25,942 nt of DNA. Origin: a virus. Lineage: Duplodnaviria; Heunggongvirae; Uroviricota; Caudoviricetes. The DNA lies in the IMG/VR virus record IMGVR_UViG_2563366768_000033, one strand, 5' to 3'. A model generated the notes under the pieces. That model had not been told where the DNA came from, did no database searches, and saw only the letters and a list, made by a program, of their open reading frames with translations. Of the stretch, positions 1 to 9,904 are shown piece after piece (within the stretch, counting starts at the first letter, position 1; each line of letters begins with the position of its first letter). A program made the translations under genes and the position numbers.

Positions 1-1254
1 ATGCTGGAACAAATGGGCATTGCCGCGAAGCAAGCCTCGTATAAATTAGCGCAACTCTCCAGCCGCGAAAAAAATCGCGTGCTGGAAAAAATCGCCGATG
101 AACTGGAAGCACAAAGCGAAATCATCCTCAACGCTAACGCCCAGGATGTTGCTGACGCGCGAGCCAATGGCCTTAGCGAAGCGATGCTTGACCGTCTGGC
201 ACTGACGCCCGCACGGCTGAAAGGCATTGCCGACGATGTACGTCAGGTGTGCAACCTCGCCGATCCAGTGGGGCAGGTAATCGATGGCGGCGTACTGGAC
301 AGCGGCCTGCGTCTTGAGCGTCGTCGCGTACCGCTGGGGGTTATTGGCGTGATTTATGAAGCGCGCCCGAACGTGACGGTTGATGTCGCTTCGCTGTGCC
401 TGAAAACCGGTAACGCGGTGATCCTGCGTGGTGGCAAAGAAACCTGTCGCACTAACGCGGCAACGGTGGTGGTGATTCAGGACGCCCTGAAATCCTGTGG
501 CTTACCGGCGGGTGCCGTGCAGGCGATTGATAATCCTGACCGTGCGCTGGTCAGTGAAATGCTGCGTATGGATAAATACATCGACATGCTGATCCCGCGC
601 GGCGGGGCTGGTTTGCATAAACTGTGCCGCGAGCAGTCGACGATCCCGGTGATCACAGGTGGTATAGGCGTATGCCATATTTATGTTGATGAAAGTGCAG
701 AGATTGCTGAAGCCCTGAAAGTAATCGTCAATGCGAAAACTCAGCGTCCGAGCACATGTAATACGGTAGAAACGTTGCTGGTGAATAAAAACATCGCCTA
801 TAGCTTCCTGCCCGCATTAAGCAAACAAATGGCGGAAAGCGGCGTGACGTTACACGCAGATGCATCTGCGCTGGCGCAGTTGCAGACAGGCCCTGCGAAG
901 GTGGTGGCGGTTAAAGCCGAAGAGTATGACGATGAGTTTCTGTCATTAGATTTGAACGTCAAAATCGTCAGCGATCTTGACGATGCCATCGCCCATATTC
1001 GTGAACACGGCACGCAACACTCCGATGCGATCCTGACCCGCGATATGCGCAACGCCCAGCGTTTTGTTAACGAAGTGGATTCGTCCGCTGTTTACGTTAA
1101 CGCCTCTACGCGTTTTACCGACGGCGGCCAGTTTGGACTGGGTGCGGAAGTGGCGGTAAGCACACAAAAACTCCACGCGCGTGGCCCAATGGGGCTGGAA
1201 GCACTGACCACTTACAAGTGGATCGGCATTGGTGATTACACCATTCGTGCGTAA
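1..1254 (+). CDS. proA: gamma-glutamyl phosphate reductase, complete (417 aa)
   Basis: ORF track product [16 protein letters not shown]...GDYTIRA matches full-length E. coli ProA as I recall it; ATG at 1, stop at 1252-1254. Confidence 0.95.
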
Positions 1255-1368
1255 ATAAAACCGGGTGATGCAAAAGTAGCCGTTTGATTCACAAGGCCAT
1301 TGACGCATCGCCCGGTTAGTTTTAACCTTGTCCACCGTGATTCACGTTCGTGAACATGTCCTTTCAGG

Positions 1369-1444
1369 GCCGATATAGCTCAGTTGGTAGAGCAGCGCAT
1401 TCGTAATGCGAAGGTCGTAGGTTCGACTCCTATTATCGGCACCA
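1369..1444 (+). tRNA. thrW: tRNA-Thr (anticodon CGT)
   Basis: 76-nt GCCGATATAGCTCAGTTGGTAGAGCAGCGCATTCGTAATGCGAAGGTCGTAGGTTCGACTCCTATTATCGGCACCA with encoded CCA; lies just 3' of proA as thrW does in E. coli. Confidence 0.95.
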
Positions 1445-1458
1445 TTTAAATCAATAAG

Positions 1459-2433
1459 TTACACATCATTAGTACCTTCCTTATTTTTTGACTGGGACAA
1501 ATTTGGGACCGATGGGTTCAGGATCGAGTCTATTTGCCGTGCGTGTTCGGTAAGGTGATTAGGTGCAAGGTGAGCATATCGACGAACCATTTCGATAGAC
1601 TCCCAGCCTCCCATTTCCTGTAACACTGACAACGGGACTCCGGCTTGAACCAGCCAACTTGCCCAGGTGTGTCTCAAGTCGTGAAATCTGAAATCATCAA
1701 TACCAGCCCGTCTCAGCGCCGCTTTCCAGGCTGTGTTTGCGTCATACCGCATCTTCCTTACTGTTGGCGCTTTCGTTCCGTCTGGTTTGGTACAGCTTTC
1801 CTTGTACACAAATACCCAACGGTGATGATTACCGATTTGTTTTTTCAATACGCGACATGCAGTATCATTCAGCGCAACGCCAATTGCGCGGTTTGATTTA
1901 CTCTCTTCCGGGTTTATCCATGCCACCCGGCGCTGCATATCTATTTGTTGCCATTCAAGGTTGATGATGTTCGAGCGTCTTAAGCCTGTTGCCAGTGCAA
2001 ATTCAACAACAGACTTTAATGGCTCCGGACATTCATCAATCAGCCTTTGTGCTTCATGGGGCTCCAGCCAGCGGAGCCGTTTATTCTTTGGTTGAGGCAC
2101 TTTAATAATTGGTGCCTTATCGAGCATTTTCCATTCACGCTCTGCGGCTCTTAGCAGGGCCTTTATAAATGAAAGATGCGTAGCCTTCGTTGCAACGGAC
2201 GCTGGTTTTGGCGTGTATTCTGGAACAGGTTTCCCTTTTTTTCTGCATGCTTCTGCCCTGAGTTTCCAGTTTTCCTCATGACGCCGGTTCGTCATTTTCT
2301 GCATTGCTGAATAAATTTTTGATTCAGTAATGTCTCTTAGTTGCATTCCTGCGAAATGTTGAAGCCAGAATCCGATCTGCTTTCCATTGAGCCTGTTTCT
2401 CTGCGCGACGTTCGCGGCGGCGTGTTTGTGCAT
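1459..2433 (-). CDS. phage tyrosine integrase, lambdoid IntD-like catalytic region; apparently 5'-truncated and fused to lambda N DNA
   Basis: 324-aa ORF with tyrosine-recombinase motifs ([17 protein letters not shown]...MVRRYAHL); adjacent to thrW and transcribed toward it. Its first 19 codons are lambda N sequence read in another frame, so the native arm-binding N-terminus (about 85 aa by comparison with recalled IntD) is missing. Confidence 0.8.
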   Translation of the reverse strand: MHKHAAANVAQRNRLNGKQIGFWLQHFAGMQLRDITESKIYSAMQKMTNRRHEENWKLRAEACRKKGKPVPEYTPKPASVATKATHLSFIKALLRAAEREWKMLDKAPIIKVPQPKNKRLRWLEPHEAQRLIDECPEPLKSVVEFALATGLRRSNIINLEWQQIDMQRRVAWINPEESKSNRAIGVALNDTACRVLKKQIGNHHRWVFVYKESCTKPDGTKAPTVRKMRYDANTAWKAALRRAGIDDFRFHDLRHTWASWLVQAGVPLSVLQEMGGWESIEMVRRYAHLAPNHLTEHARQIDSILNPSVPNLSQSKNKEGTNDV

Positions 2434-2437
2434 CCAT
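2324..2437 (-). pseudogene. N: lambda N antiterminator, 5' fragment (first 20 codons) ending at a deletion junction
   Basis: Minus-strand frame reads [20 protein letters not shown], the arginine-rich N-terminus of lambda N, then diverges (DRILASTF...) and stops at 2324; located just downstream of nutL/PL as in lambda. Confidence 0.75.
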
Positions 2438-2594
2438 CTGGATTCTCCTGTTAGTTAGCTTTGGTTGTGTGTGGGAGTCGTAGTCCTGAACGAAAACACC
2501 CCGCAATGGCACATTGGCTGCTAATCCGGATTCGCACTTCCGGCCAATGCTTCGTTTCGTATCACACACACCAAAGCCTTCTGCTTTGAATGCT

Positions 2595-2625
2595 GCCCTT
2601 CTTCAGGGCTTAATTTTTAAGAGCA
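2595..2625 (-). promoter_or_regulatory. nutL (boxA 2617-2625, boxB hairpin 2595-2609)
   Basis: Minus strand reads TGCTCTTAAAAATTAAGCCCTGAAGAAGGGCAG, matching lambda nutL boxA-spacer-boxB (GCCCTGAAGAAGGGC stem-loop). Confidence 0.8.
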
Positions 2626-2654
2626 TCACCTTCATGGTGGTTAGTGCGTCCTGC

Positions 2655-2730
2655 TGATGTGCTTAGTATCACCGCTAGTGGTATTTGTGTCAACACCGCC
2701 AGAGGTAATTTATCACCGCAGATGGTTATC
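2655..2730 (-). promoter_or_regulatory. lambda PL promoter with operators OL1 (2667-2683), OL2 (2691-2707), OL3 (2711-2727)
   Basis: TATCACCGCTAGTGGTA, CAACACCGCCAGAGGTA and TATCACCGCAGATGGTT are 17-bp cI operator half-palindromes in lambda OL order; leftward -35 TTGACA (top-strand TGTCAA 2688-2693) and -10 GATACT (top-strand AGTATC 2665-2670). Confidence 0.85.
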
Positions 2731-2808
2731 TGTATGTTTTTTATATAGATTTATTTTTTGCAGGGTTGTGTGGCTTGGGAGGTGATCGAGAGATCAGAAT
2801 TGCGTTGT

Positions 2809-3198
2809 TTAGTGAGTTGCACCTATTAATTTTAAAATAAATACAATTGGTGTTTTTCGAGTTTTTCTTAACTCTTCATGCAGCTCCGTTCTCAGAATAT
2901 ATGATTTTTCGAGTTTGAAATTCTTGCGACCAGGCGTCTTATTGCCAGGCTCAGGAAGTGGAAGGCGTGTTTGAATGTCGAGTGGTGGACAGTCATAGAA
3001 GTAAATTCTATAAAGCTCAAGCGGTTCCCTACGTTCTTGTGATTGACGTTTTCCATTAAGATGGGAAAGAACCATTGACCATATTACTTTCATTATGCAT
3101 TGCGCAGTCAGTTCATGCTCGGCGAAGTGTTTACGATGCGTAGCATGAACACGCTGCATGAAAAAACCCGCATCAATTAAAATTGCTGCTTTCTTCAT
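2809..3198 (-). CDS. hypothetical protein (129 aa) in the slot lambda uses for rexAB between OL and cI; function unknown
   Basis: ORF MKKAAILIDAGFF... on the cI strand directly downstream of cI. Its N-terminus has a hydrophobic-IDxG start reminiscent of NYN/PIN-like nucleases but the motif set is incomplete. The last ~12 codons run into lambda-homologous DNA near 2845, so the 3' end may be junction-derived. Confidence 0.5.
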   Translation of the reverse strand: MKKAAILIDAGFFMQRVHATHRKHFAEHELTAQCIMKVIWSMVLSHLNGKRQSQERREPLELYRIYFYDCPPLDIQTRLPLPEPGNKTPGRKNFKLEKSYILRTELHEELRKTRKTPIVFILKLIGATH

Positions 3199-3325
3199 AA
3201 GAGTCCCAAAAAAATAGCCCAGAGCCGTTATGCAGATATTAACAATTGTCTGCGAACGGGGCTGGGCTTGGTTTAATTAATCTATGCCAAGTTGACTGTG
3301 CCGTCAACATAAAACTTACTTCCTA

Positions 3326-4042
<717 letters not shown>

Positions 4043-4049
4043 TTAAATC

Positions 4050-4116
4050 TATCACCGCAAGGGATAAATATCTAACACCGCGCGTGTTGACTACTTTACC
4101 TCTGGCGGTGATAATG
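4050..4116. promoter_or_regulatory. lambda OR region: OR3 (4050-4066), OR2 (4073-4089), OR1 (4097-4113), PRM and PR (-35 TTGACT 4087-4092, -10 GATAAT 4110-4115)
   Basis: TATCACCGCAAGGGATA / TAACACCGCGCGTGTTG / TACCTCTGGCGGTGATA between divergent cI and cro, followed by AAGGAGG and the cro ATG at 4140. Confidence 0.9.
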
Positions 4117-4130
4117 GTTGCATGTACTAA

Positions 4131-4340
<210 letters not shown>

Positions 4341-4347
4341 ATAACCC

Positions 4348-4379
4348 CGCTCTTACACATTCCAGCCCTGAAAAAGGGC
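4348..4379 (+). promoter_or_regulatory. nutR (boxA CGCTCTTA 4348-4355, boxB GCCCTGAAAAAGGGC 4365-4379)
   Basis: Direct match to the lambda nutR boxA/boxB arrangement between cro and cII. Confidence 0.8.
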
Positions 4380-4458
4380 ATCCAATTAAACCACACCTAT
4401 GGTGTATGCATTTATTTGCATACATTCAATCAATTGTTATCTAAGGAAATACTTACAT

Positions 4459-4752
4459 ATGGTTCGTGCAAACAAACGCAACGAGGCTCTACGAATCGAG
4501 AGTGCGTTGCTTAACAAAATCGCAATGCTTGGAACTGAGAAGACAGCGGAAGCTGTGGGAGTTGATAAGTCGCAGATCAGCAGGTGGAAGAGAGACTGGA
4601 TTCCAAAGTTCTCAATGCTGCTTGCTGTTCTTGAATGGGGGGTCGTTGACGACGACATGGCTCGATTGGCGCGACAAGTTGCTGCGATTCTCACCAATAA
4701 AAAACGCCCGGCGGCAACCGAGCGTTCTGAACAAATCCAGATGGAGTTCTGA
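4459..4752 (+). CDS. cII: CII transcriptional activator (97 aa)
   Basis: ATG at 4459 gives MVRANKRNEALRIESALLNKIAMLGTEKTAEAVGVDKSQISRWKRDWIPKFSMLLAVLEWGVVDDDMARLARQVAAILTNKKRPAATERSEQIQMEF, i.e. lambda CII; the ORF track's upstream extension (4399) is not used. Confidence 0.95.
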   Translation: MVRANKRNEALRIESALLNKIAMLGTEKTAEAVGVDKSQISRWKRDWIPKFSMLLAVLEWGVVDDDMARLARQVAAILTNKKRPAATERSEQIQMEF

Positions 4753-4774
4753 GGTCATTACTGGATCTATCAAC
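4697..4774 (-). ncRNA. oop: oop antisense RNA (about 77 nt) overlapping the cII 3' end
   Basis: Minus strand from 4774 reads GTTGATAGATCCAGTAATGACCTCAGAACTCCATCTGGATTTGTTCAGAACGCTCGGTTGCCGCCGGGCGTTTTTTATT, matching recalled lambda oop with its GC hairpin and U-tract terminator. Confidence 0.75.
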
Positions 4775-4784
4775 AGGAGTCATT

Positions 4785-5707
4785 ATGACAAATACAGCAA
4801 AAATACTCAACTTCGGCAGAGGTAACTTTGCCGGACAGGAGCGTAATGTGGCAGATCTCGATGATGGTTACGCCAGACTATCAAATATGCTGCTTGAGGC
4901 TTATTCGGGCGCAGATCTGACCAAGCGACAGTTTAAAGTGCTGCTTGCCATTCTGCGTAAAACCTATGGGTGGAATAAACCAATGGACAGAATCACCGAT
5001 TCTCAACTTAGCGAGATTACAAAGTTACCTGTCAAACGGTGCAATGAAGCCAAGTTAGAACTCGTCAGAATGAATATTATCAAGCAGCAAGGCGGCATGT
5101 TTGGACCAAATAAAAACATCTCAGAATGGTGTATCCCTCAAAACGAGGGAAAATCCCCTAAAACGAGGGATAAAACATCCCTCAAATTGGGGGATTGCTA
5201 TCCCTCAAATTGGGGGATTGCTATCCCTCAAAACAGGGGGACACAAAAGACACTATTACAAAAGAAAAAAGAAAAGATTATTCGTCCGAGAATTCTGGCG
5301 AATCCTCTGACCAGCCAGAAAACGATCTTTCTGTGGTTAAACCGGATGCTGCAATTCAGAGCGGCAGCAAGTGGGGAACAGCAGAAGACCTGACCGCCGC
5401 AGAGTGGATGTTTGACATGGTGAAGACCATCGCGCCATCAGCCAGAAAACCGAATTTTGCTGGGTGGGCTAACGATATCCGCCTGATGCGTGAACGTGAC
5501 GGACGTAACCACCGCGATATGTGTGTGCTTTTCCGCTGGGCCTGCCAGGACAACTTCTGGTCCGGTAACGTGCTGAGTCCGGCCAAACTCCGCGACAAGT
5601 GGACCCAGCTCGAAATCAACCGTAACAAGCAACAGGCAGGCGTGACAGCCAGCAAACCAAAACTCGACCTGACAAACACTGACTGGATTTACGGGGTGGA
5701 TTTATGA
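4785..5707 (+). pseudogene. O: lambda O replication initiator, frameshifted inside the ori iteron region
   Basis: N-terminal part (MTNTAKILNFGRGNFAG...ISEWCIPQNEGKSPKTRDKTSLKLGDCYPS) is in frame 0 and stops at 5393 after reading through unrelated sequence. The C-terminal O sequence (SKQGDTKDTITKEKRKDYSSENSG...DWIYGVDL) continues in frame +2 to the stop at 5705-5707. The shift coincides with a 23-bp tandem duplication at 5177-5222. Confidence 0.85.
5133..5240. repeat. ori-lambda iterons: five 18-bp O-binding repeats (5133, 5153, 5177, 5200, 5223) where lambda has four; third unit duplicated
   Basis: ATCCCTCAAAACGAGGGA, ATCCCCTAAAACGAGGGA, ATCCCTCAAATTGGGGGA (twice, each with TTGCT spacer = exact 23-bp tandem repeat 5177-5199/5200-5222), ATCCCTCAAAACAGGGGGA, followed by the AT-rich ori segment. 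Confidence 0.85.
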
Positions 5708-6015
5708 AAAACATCGCCGCACAGATGGTTAACTTTGACCGTGAGCAGATGCGTCGGATCGCCAACATCGATAACCAGGACATGACGATATCGGTCTGGG
5801 TCTTTCCTGATACTGATATTTCAGATGTATCGCGTGAGTTAATTGCGGCAATTAAACAGGGGTATCTAACAGTAAAAGCCGCCGGGGTATGGGCGGGGGG
5901 CATTGAAACACCTTCGGTGGAAACTCCATCGGAAGGCTCTAAATTTTTTGGTTTTGATATGGATAACGAATTCATCAGTGGTTTTGATGTAGGGGCATGG
6001 GGAGTATTACTCTGA
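5704..6015 (+). pseudogene. P: lambda P replication protein, first 21 codons, fused at a deletion junction to the 3' end of an unrelated (tail-module) reading frame
   Basis: ATG overlaps the O stop (ATGA) as in lambda; product begins MKNIAAQMVNFDREQMRRIAN (lambda P N-terminus) then switches to IDNQDMTISVWVFPDTDIS... and stops at 6013-6015. Confidence 0.7.
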
Positions 6016-6725
6016 TGGCGAAAAATGACTTTAAAGCGTTTGCAACTGATCGAAATGCCAATGTTATGTCGCAGGAGGAATGGGAAGCGTTGCCTGCGCT
6101 TATATCCGGATTTACAGCAGGGAAAGCATCCAGTGCGCAAGTCAATAAGGTTATTCGGCAGGCCAGCTTTATTGCTGCAGCTCTGGCCCAGTTTGTAAGT
6201 GATAAAACGCAACGGGATGTGCTTGATAATGGTGATCTGCCCGGTTTTGTTGAATTGCTGGGATCGGGGTTTGCTGTTGAATACCTGAGCCGCAAGAATC
6301 CGTTTGGCGATATCAAATCGGACGGCACGGTGAAAACGGCTCTTCAAAACCTTGGTTTGGGAGAAGCGGCAAAACGGGATGTGGGGACAGGGGAAAATCA
6401 GATACCGGACATGGCCTCTTTTGCCAGTGGTAATGGATGGATGAAATTACCCAACGGGAAAATCCTGCAATATGGTCGTGGTGCGGTTACGCCGACATTA
6501 TCGACGCAAACAATGAGAATTACATTCAGCATCCCTTTCCCCAAAAAAGCGGACTGCGCCATGCTTACTCATTCTGGTGATGGCGGTGCGCCTTTAGGCG
6601 CTGGGCGAGGGTTCGTGATGACTGCAGAAGGCCCAACGTTAACCGGCTTTAATTCTGCTTACAGAACGTCATCAACCAGCGACACGGTATCGATGAATTA
6701 CAGTTGGTGGGCTGTTGGTGAGTAA
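6015..6725 (+). CDS. side tail fibre protein, variable C-terminal segment (StfP-like); alternative start 5997
   Basis: Product [61 protein letters not shown]... is characteristic of e14/Mu/P1-type tail fibre variable regions; followed by a tail-fibre assembly gene and an inverted second set. Confidence 0.7.
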   Translation: MAKNDFKAFATDRNANVMSQEEWEALPALISGFTAGKASSAQVNKVIRQASFIAAALAQFVSDKTQRDVLDNGDLPGFVELLGSGFAVEYLSRKNPFGDIKSDGTVKTALQNLGLGEAAKRDVGTGENQIPDMASFASGNGWMKLPNGKILQYGRGAVTPTLSTQTMRITFSIPFPKKADCAMLTHSGDGGAPLGAGRGFVMTAEGPTLTGFNSAYRTSSTSDTVSMNYSWWAVGE

Positions 6726-6736
6726 TTTTATTCAGG

Positions 6737-7189
6737 GTGATTTATATGGACGAATATGTTTATAGCGCAAGGCATAATGCTTTTTTCCCTGTGGATATGA
6801 TTGATAAATATAAATCAGAGGGATGGGATTTATCAGACGCTAAGGAAGTAAATCAAAATATTATCAGTGAGTTTATGGCTGAACCGCCACAAGGAAAAAT
6901 CCGTATTGCCGGAGATGATGGGCTGCCTGCGTGGGCAGATATTCCTCCACCCACGCATGAAGAGCTTATTGAAATTACTGAATCAGAAAGACAGCTACTA
7001 ATTAACCAGGCCAACGAATACATGAACAGTAAGCAATGGCCCGGTAAAGCGGCTATTGGTCGTCTGAAAGGTGACGAACTGACGCAATATAATTTGTGGC
7101 TGGATTATCTGGACGCACTGGAGCTGGTCGATACTTCCGGTGCGCCAGATATTGAATGGCCTACGCCTCCGGCAGTTCAGGCCAGATGA
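6737..7189 (+). CDS. tail fibre assembly protein (Tfa)
   Basis: 150-aa ORF directly after stf; C-terminus ...LTQYNLWLDYLDALELVDTSGAPDIEWPTPP is the conserved Tfa tail, mirrored by the convergent paralogue at 7161-7754. Confidence 0.8.
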   Translation: MIYMDEYVYSARHNAFFPVDMIDKYKSEGWDLSDAKEVNQNIISEFMAEPPQGKIRIAGDDGLPAWADIPPPTHEELIEITESERQLLINQANEYMNSKQWPGKAAIGRLKGDELTQYNLWLDYLDALELVDTSGAPDIEWPTPPAVQAR

Positions 7190-7754
7190 CATCCGGCGCG
7201 GTGCTGGTATCTGTTGCCGTCACCGCGTCAATGTAATCCAGCACGGCGTTAAGTCGGGTTGTTTCTGCCTGAGTCAGTTTCCGTCCGGCCTGTAACTTCA
7301 GCTGAATCAGACTAATGGAAGCCATTGCTGCATCAATCAGTGATTGGCGCTGTGCTTCTGCCGCGTCTACTGCGGCACTGTGTTGTGCCTCAGTGTCTGT
7401 CACCCATTTCTCACCATCCCATTTATCGTATGGCGTTAACGGTGAAATCGTGACATAACCGTCTTTGATGGCACCGATATAATCCACTGTAACAGCTGCG
7501 CCATTTTCGATTGAGTAAACAGTCTCATTGCGATGGTCTTCTTCATGGCTCCATCCCTTACCTGTAAATACTGCCACTCTTCCCGGAATGTTTTCGCCAG
7601 GGTCAATACCAGTGGAACAGGCGGGCATACTTACGCCAGTATTAATATATTCATCAGACCAGCCCGTATACTCAGATGTTTCAGCATCATAATAAAAACA
7701 ACGCATATCGCCCGGCACTGTAGCCAGCCCATTTTCATCAAAAACAGGTTTCAT
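7161..7754 (-). CDS. tail fibre assembly protein, alternative copy (TfaE-like) in inverted orientation
   Basis: 197-aa ORF MKPVFDENGLATVPGDMRCFYYDAETSEYTGW... ending ...LNAVLDYIDAVTATDTSTAPDVIWPELPEA; convergent and overlapping with the plus-strand tfa, as in G/P invertible segments. Confidence 0.8.
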   Translation of the reverse strand: MKPVFDENGLATVPGDMRCFYYDAETSEYTGWSDEYINTGVSMPACSTGIDPGENIPGRVAVFTGKGWSHEEDHRNETVYSIENGAAVTVDYIGAIKDGYVTISPLTPYDKWDGEKWVTDTEAQHSAAVDAAEAQRQSLIDAAMASISLIQLKLQAGRKLTQAETTRLNAVLDYIDAVTATDTSTAPDVIWPELPEA

Positions 7755-8251
7755 TATTTAGCCCTCACCAGAAAGTTAAATGCAATATTTCGCGGTCTGA
7801 CTGCAACAAAATTCACACCATCACCCACAGAGTTACTGGTGAAATTAAATCGTGAAAATCCTGGCTGATTTCCGGCGATGCCATCATGAAAGTTAATTGC
7901 GTGTCCCGCACCTTCGCCTATATTCCCGGCAAACTGAGAAAAGTTTGTAGCTGCCTGCCAGCTTAATAATTCGCGACCACCGTCTGCACCTCGCCCGTCA
8001 TCCCAGATACGAATGAAATCACCGCGGGCTTCAGGTAATACCAGCGAAGGAAACACTTTCGCCAGCACAGGATAATCAGTGGCAGAGAATTTCGCGCCGT
8101 TGAACTTCAAAAACACCATACAGGACCAGCTGTCGATTACAGTATTTGGCATTGCAGCGGACGGCCAGAAGAACGGAACGCCAATAGCTGGAGCACCTTC
8201 TCCCAAACCAACGTTTATGAAAATGCAGAAATAACGAGCAAATGGCATCAT
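7754..8251 (-). CDS. alternative tail fibre C-terminal segment (StfE-like), currently in the off orientation
   Basis: 165-aa minus-strand ORF abutting the pin upstream region with no constant tail-fibre N-terminal part attached; position equivalent to stfE of e14. Confidence 0.65.
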   Translation of the reverse strand: MMPFARYFCIFINVGLGEGAPAIGVPFFWPSAAMPNTVIDSWSCMVFLKFNGAKFSATDYPVLAKVFPSLVLPEARGDFIRIWDDGRGADGGRELLSWQAATNFSQFAGNIGEGAGHAINFHDGIAGNQPGFSRFNFTSNSVGDGVNFVAVRPRNIAFNFLVRAK

Positions 8252-8277
8252 TCCTGCTTTTGTCAGGGAGATCTACC

Positions 8278-8832
8278 ATGCTTATTGGCTATGTACGTGT
8301 GTCAACAAATGACCAGAACACAGATCTACAACGTAATGCGCTGAACTGTGCAGGATGCGAGCTGATTTTTGAAGACAAGATAAGCGGTACAAAGTCCGAA
8401 AGGCCGGGACTGAAAAAACTGCTCAGGACATTATCGGCAGGTGACACTCTGGTTGTCTGGAAACTGGATCGGCTGGGGCGCAGTATGCGGCATCTGGTCA
8501 TTCTGGTTGAGGAGTTGCGCGAACGTGGCGTTAATTTTCGCAGCCTGACGGATGCTATTGATACCAGTACCCCAATGGGGCGCTTTTTCTTTCATGTGAT
8601 GGGGGCCCTGGCTGAAATGGAACGAGAACTGATTGTTGAACGAACAAAAGCTGGACTGGAAGCTGCTCGCGCACAGGGACGAATTGGTGGACGTCGTCCC
8701 AAACTTACACCAGAACAATGGGCGCAGGCCGGACGATTAATTGCAGCAGGAATTCCTCGCCAGAAGGTAGCGATCATCTATGATGTTGGTGTATCGACAC
8801 TGTATAAGAAGTTTCCGGCCGGAGATAAATGA
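8278..8832 (+). CDS. pin: serine DNA invertase (Pin/Gin/Hin family), 184 aa
   Basis: From ATG at 8278: MLIGYVRVSTNDQNTDLQRNALNCAGCELIFEDKISGTKSERPGLKKLLRTLSAGDTLVVWKLDRLGRSMRHLV... with catalytic Ser in VRVSTNDQ and C-terminal HTH; placed directly after the inverted stf/tfa pair. Confidence 0.9.
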   Translation: MLIGYVRVSTNDQNTDLQRNALNCAGCELIFEDKISGTKSERPGLKKLLRTLSAGDTLVVWKLDRLGRSMRHLVILVEELRERGVNFRSLTDAIDTSTPMGRFFFHVMGALAEMERELIVERTKAGLEAARAQGRIGGRRPKLTPEQWAQAGRLIAAGIPRQKVAIIYDVGVSTLYKKFPAGDK

Positions 8833-8889
8833 AACCGTAGCACGTCGTATGCAAGATCGTGCTGCGGTTTATGCTTACCACTTGAAGAT

Positions 8890-9759
<870 letters not shown>

Positions 9760-9842
9760 CTAACCCTTTGAATTTACATAGCGCAAAAAGATACCTTTCC
9801 TCATAATGTGAGCTAATTTTATGTTTCGTTTGATGATCGGGT

Positions 9843-9904
9843 CGGTCTCGAAAACCGGAGTAGGGGCAACTCTACCGGGGGTTCAAATCCCCCTCTCTCC
9901 GCCA
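9843..9904 (+). other. 3' fragment (about 62 nt) of tRNA-Ser serU; attachment-site remnant
   Basis: CGGTCTCGAAAACCGGAGTAGGGGCAACTCTACCGGGGGTTCAAATCCCCCTCTCTCCGCCA matches the serU tRNA from the anticodon arm to the CCA end; the 5' third of the tRNA is absent. Confidence 0.8.

Noticed and set aside
798-1335. Minus-strand ORFs of 84 and 129 aa overlapping proA
   Set aside because: Entirely antisense to a well-supported conserved gene; typical shadow ORFs in GC-biased coding DNA.
1645-1964. Plus-strand ORFs of 83 and 75 aa inside the integrase gene
   Set aside because: Antisense to the integrase catalytic-domain coding sequence; no start context.
5133-5240. Short direct repeats with regular spacing that could be mistaken for a small CRISPR array
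   Set aside because: They are the O-binding iterons of ori-lambda, lying inside the O gene, with variable sequence, no unique spacers of CRISPR length and no cas genes.
5101-5310. 69-aa ORF spanning the ori iterons
   Set aside because: A third frame through the iteron region created by the repeats; neither of the two frames carrying authentic O protein sequence.
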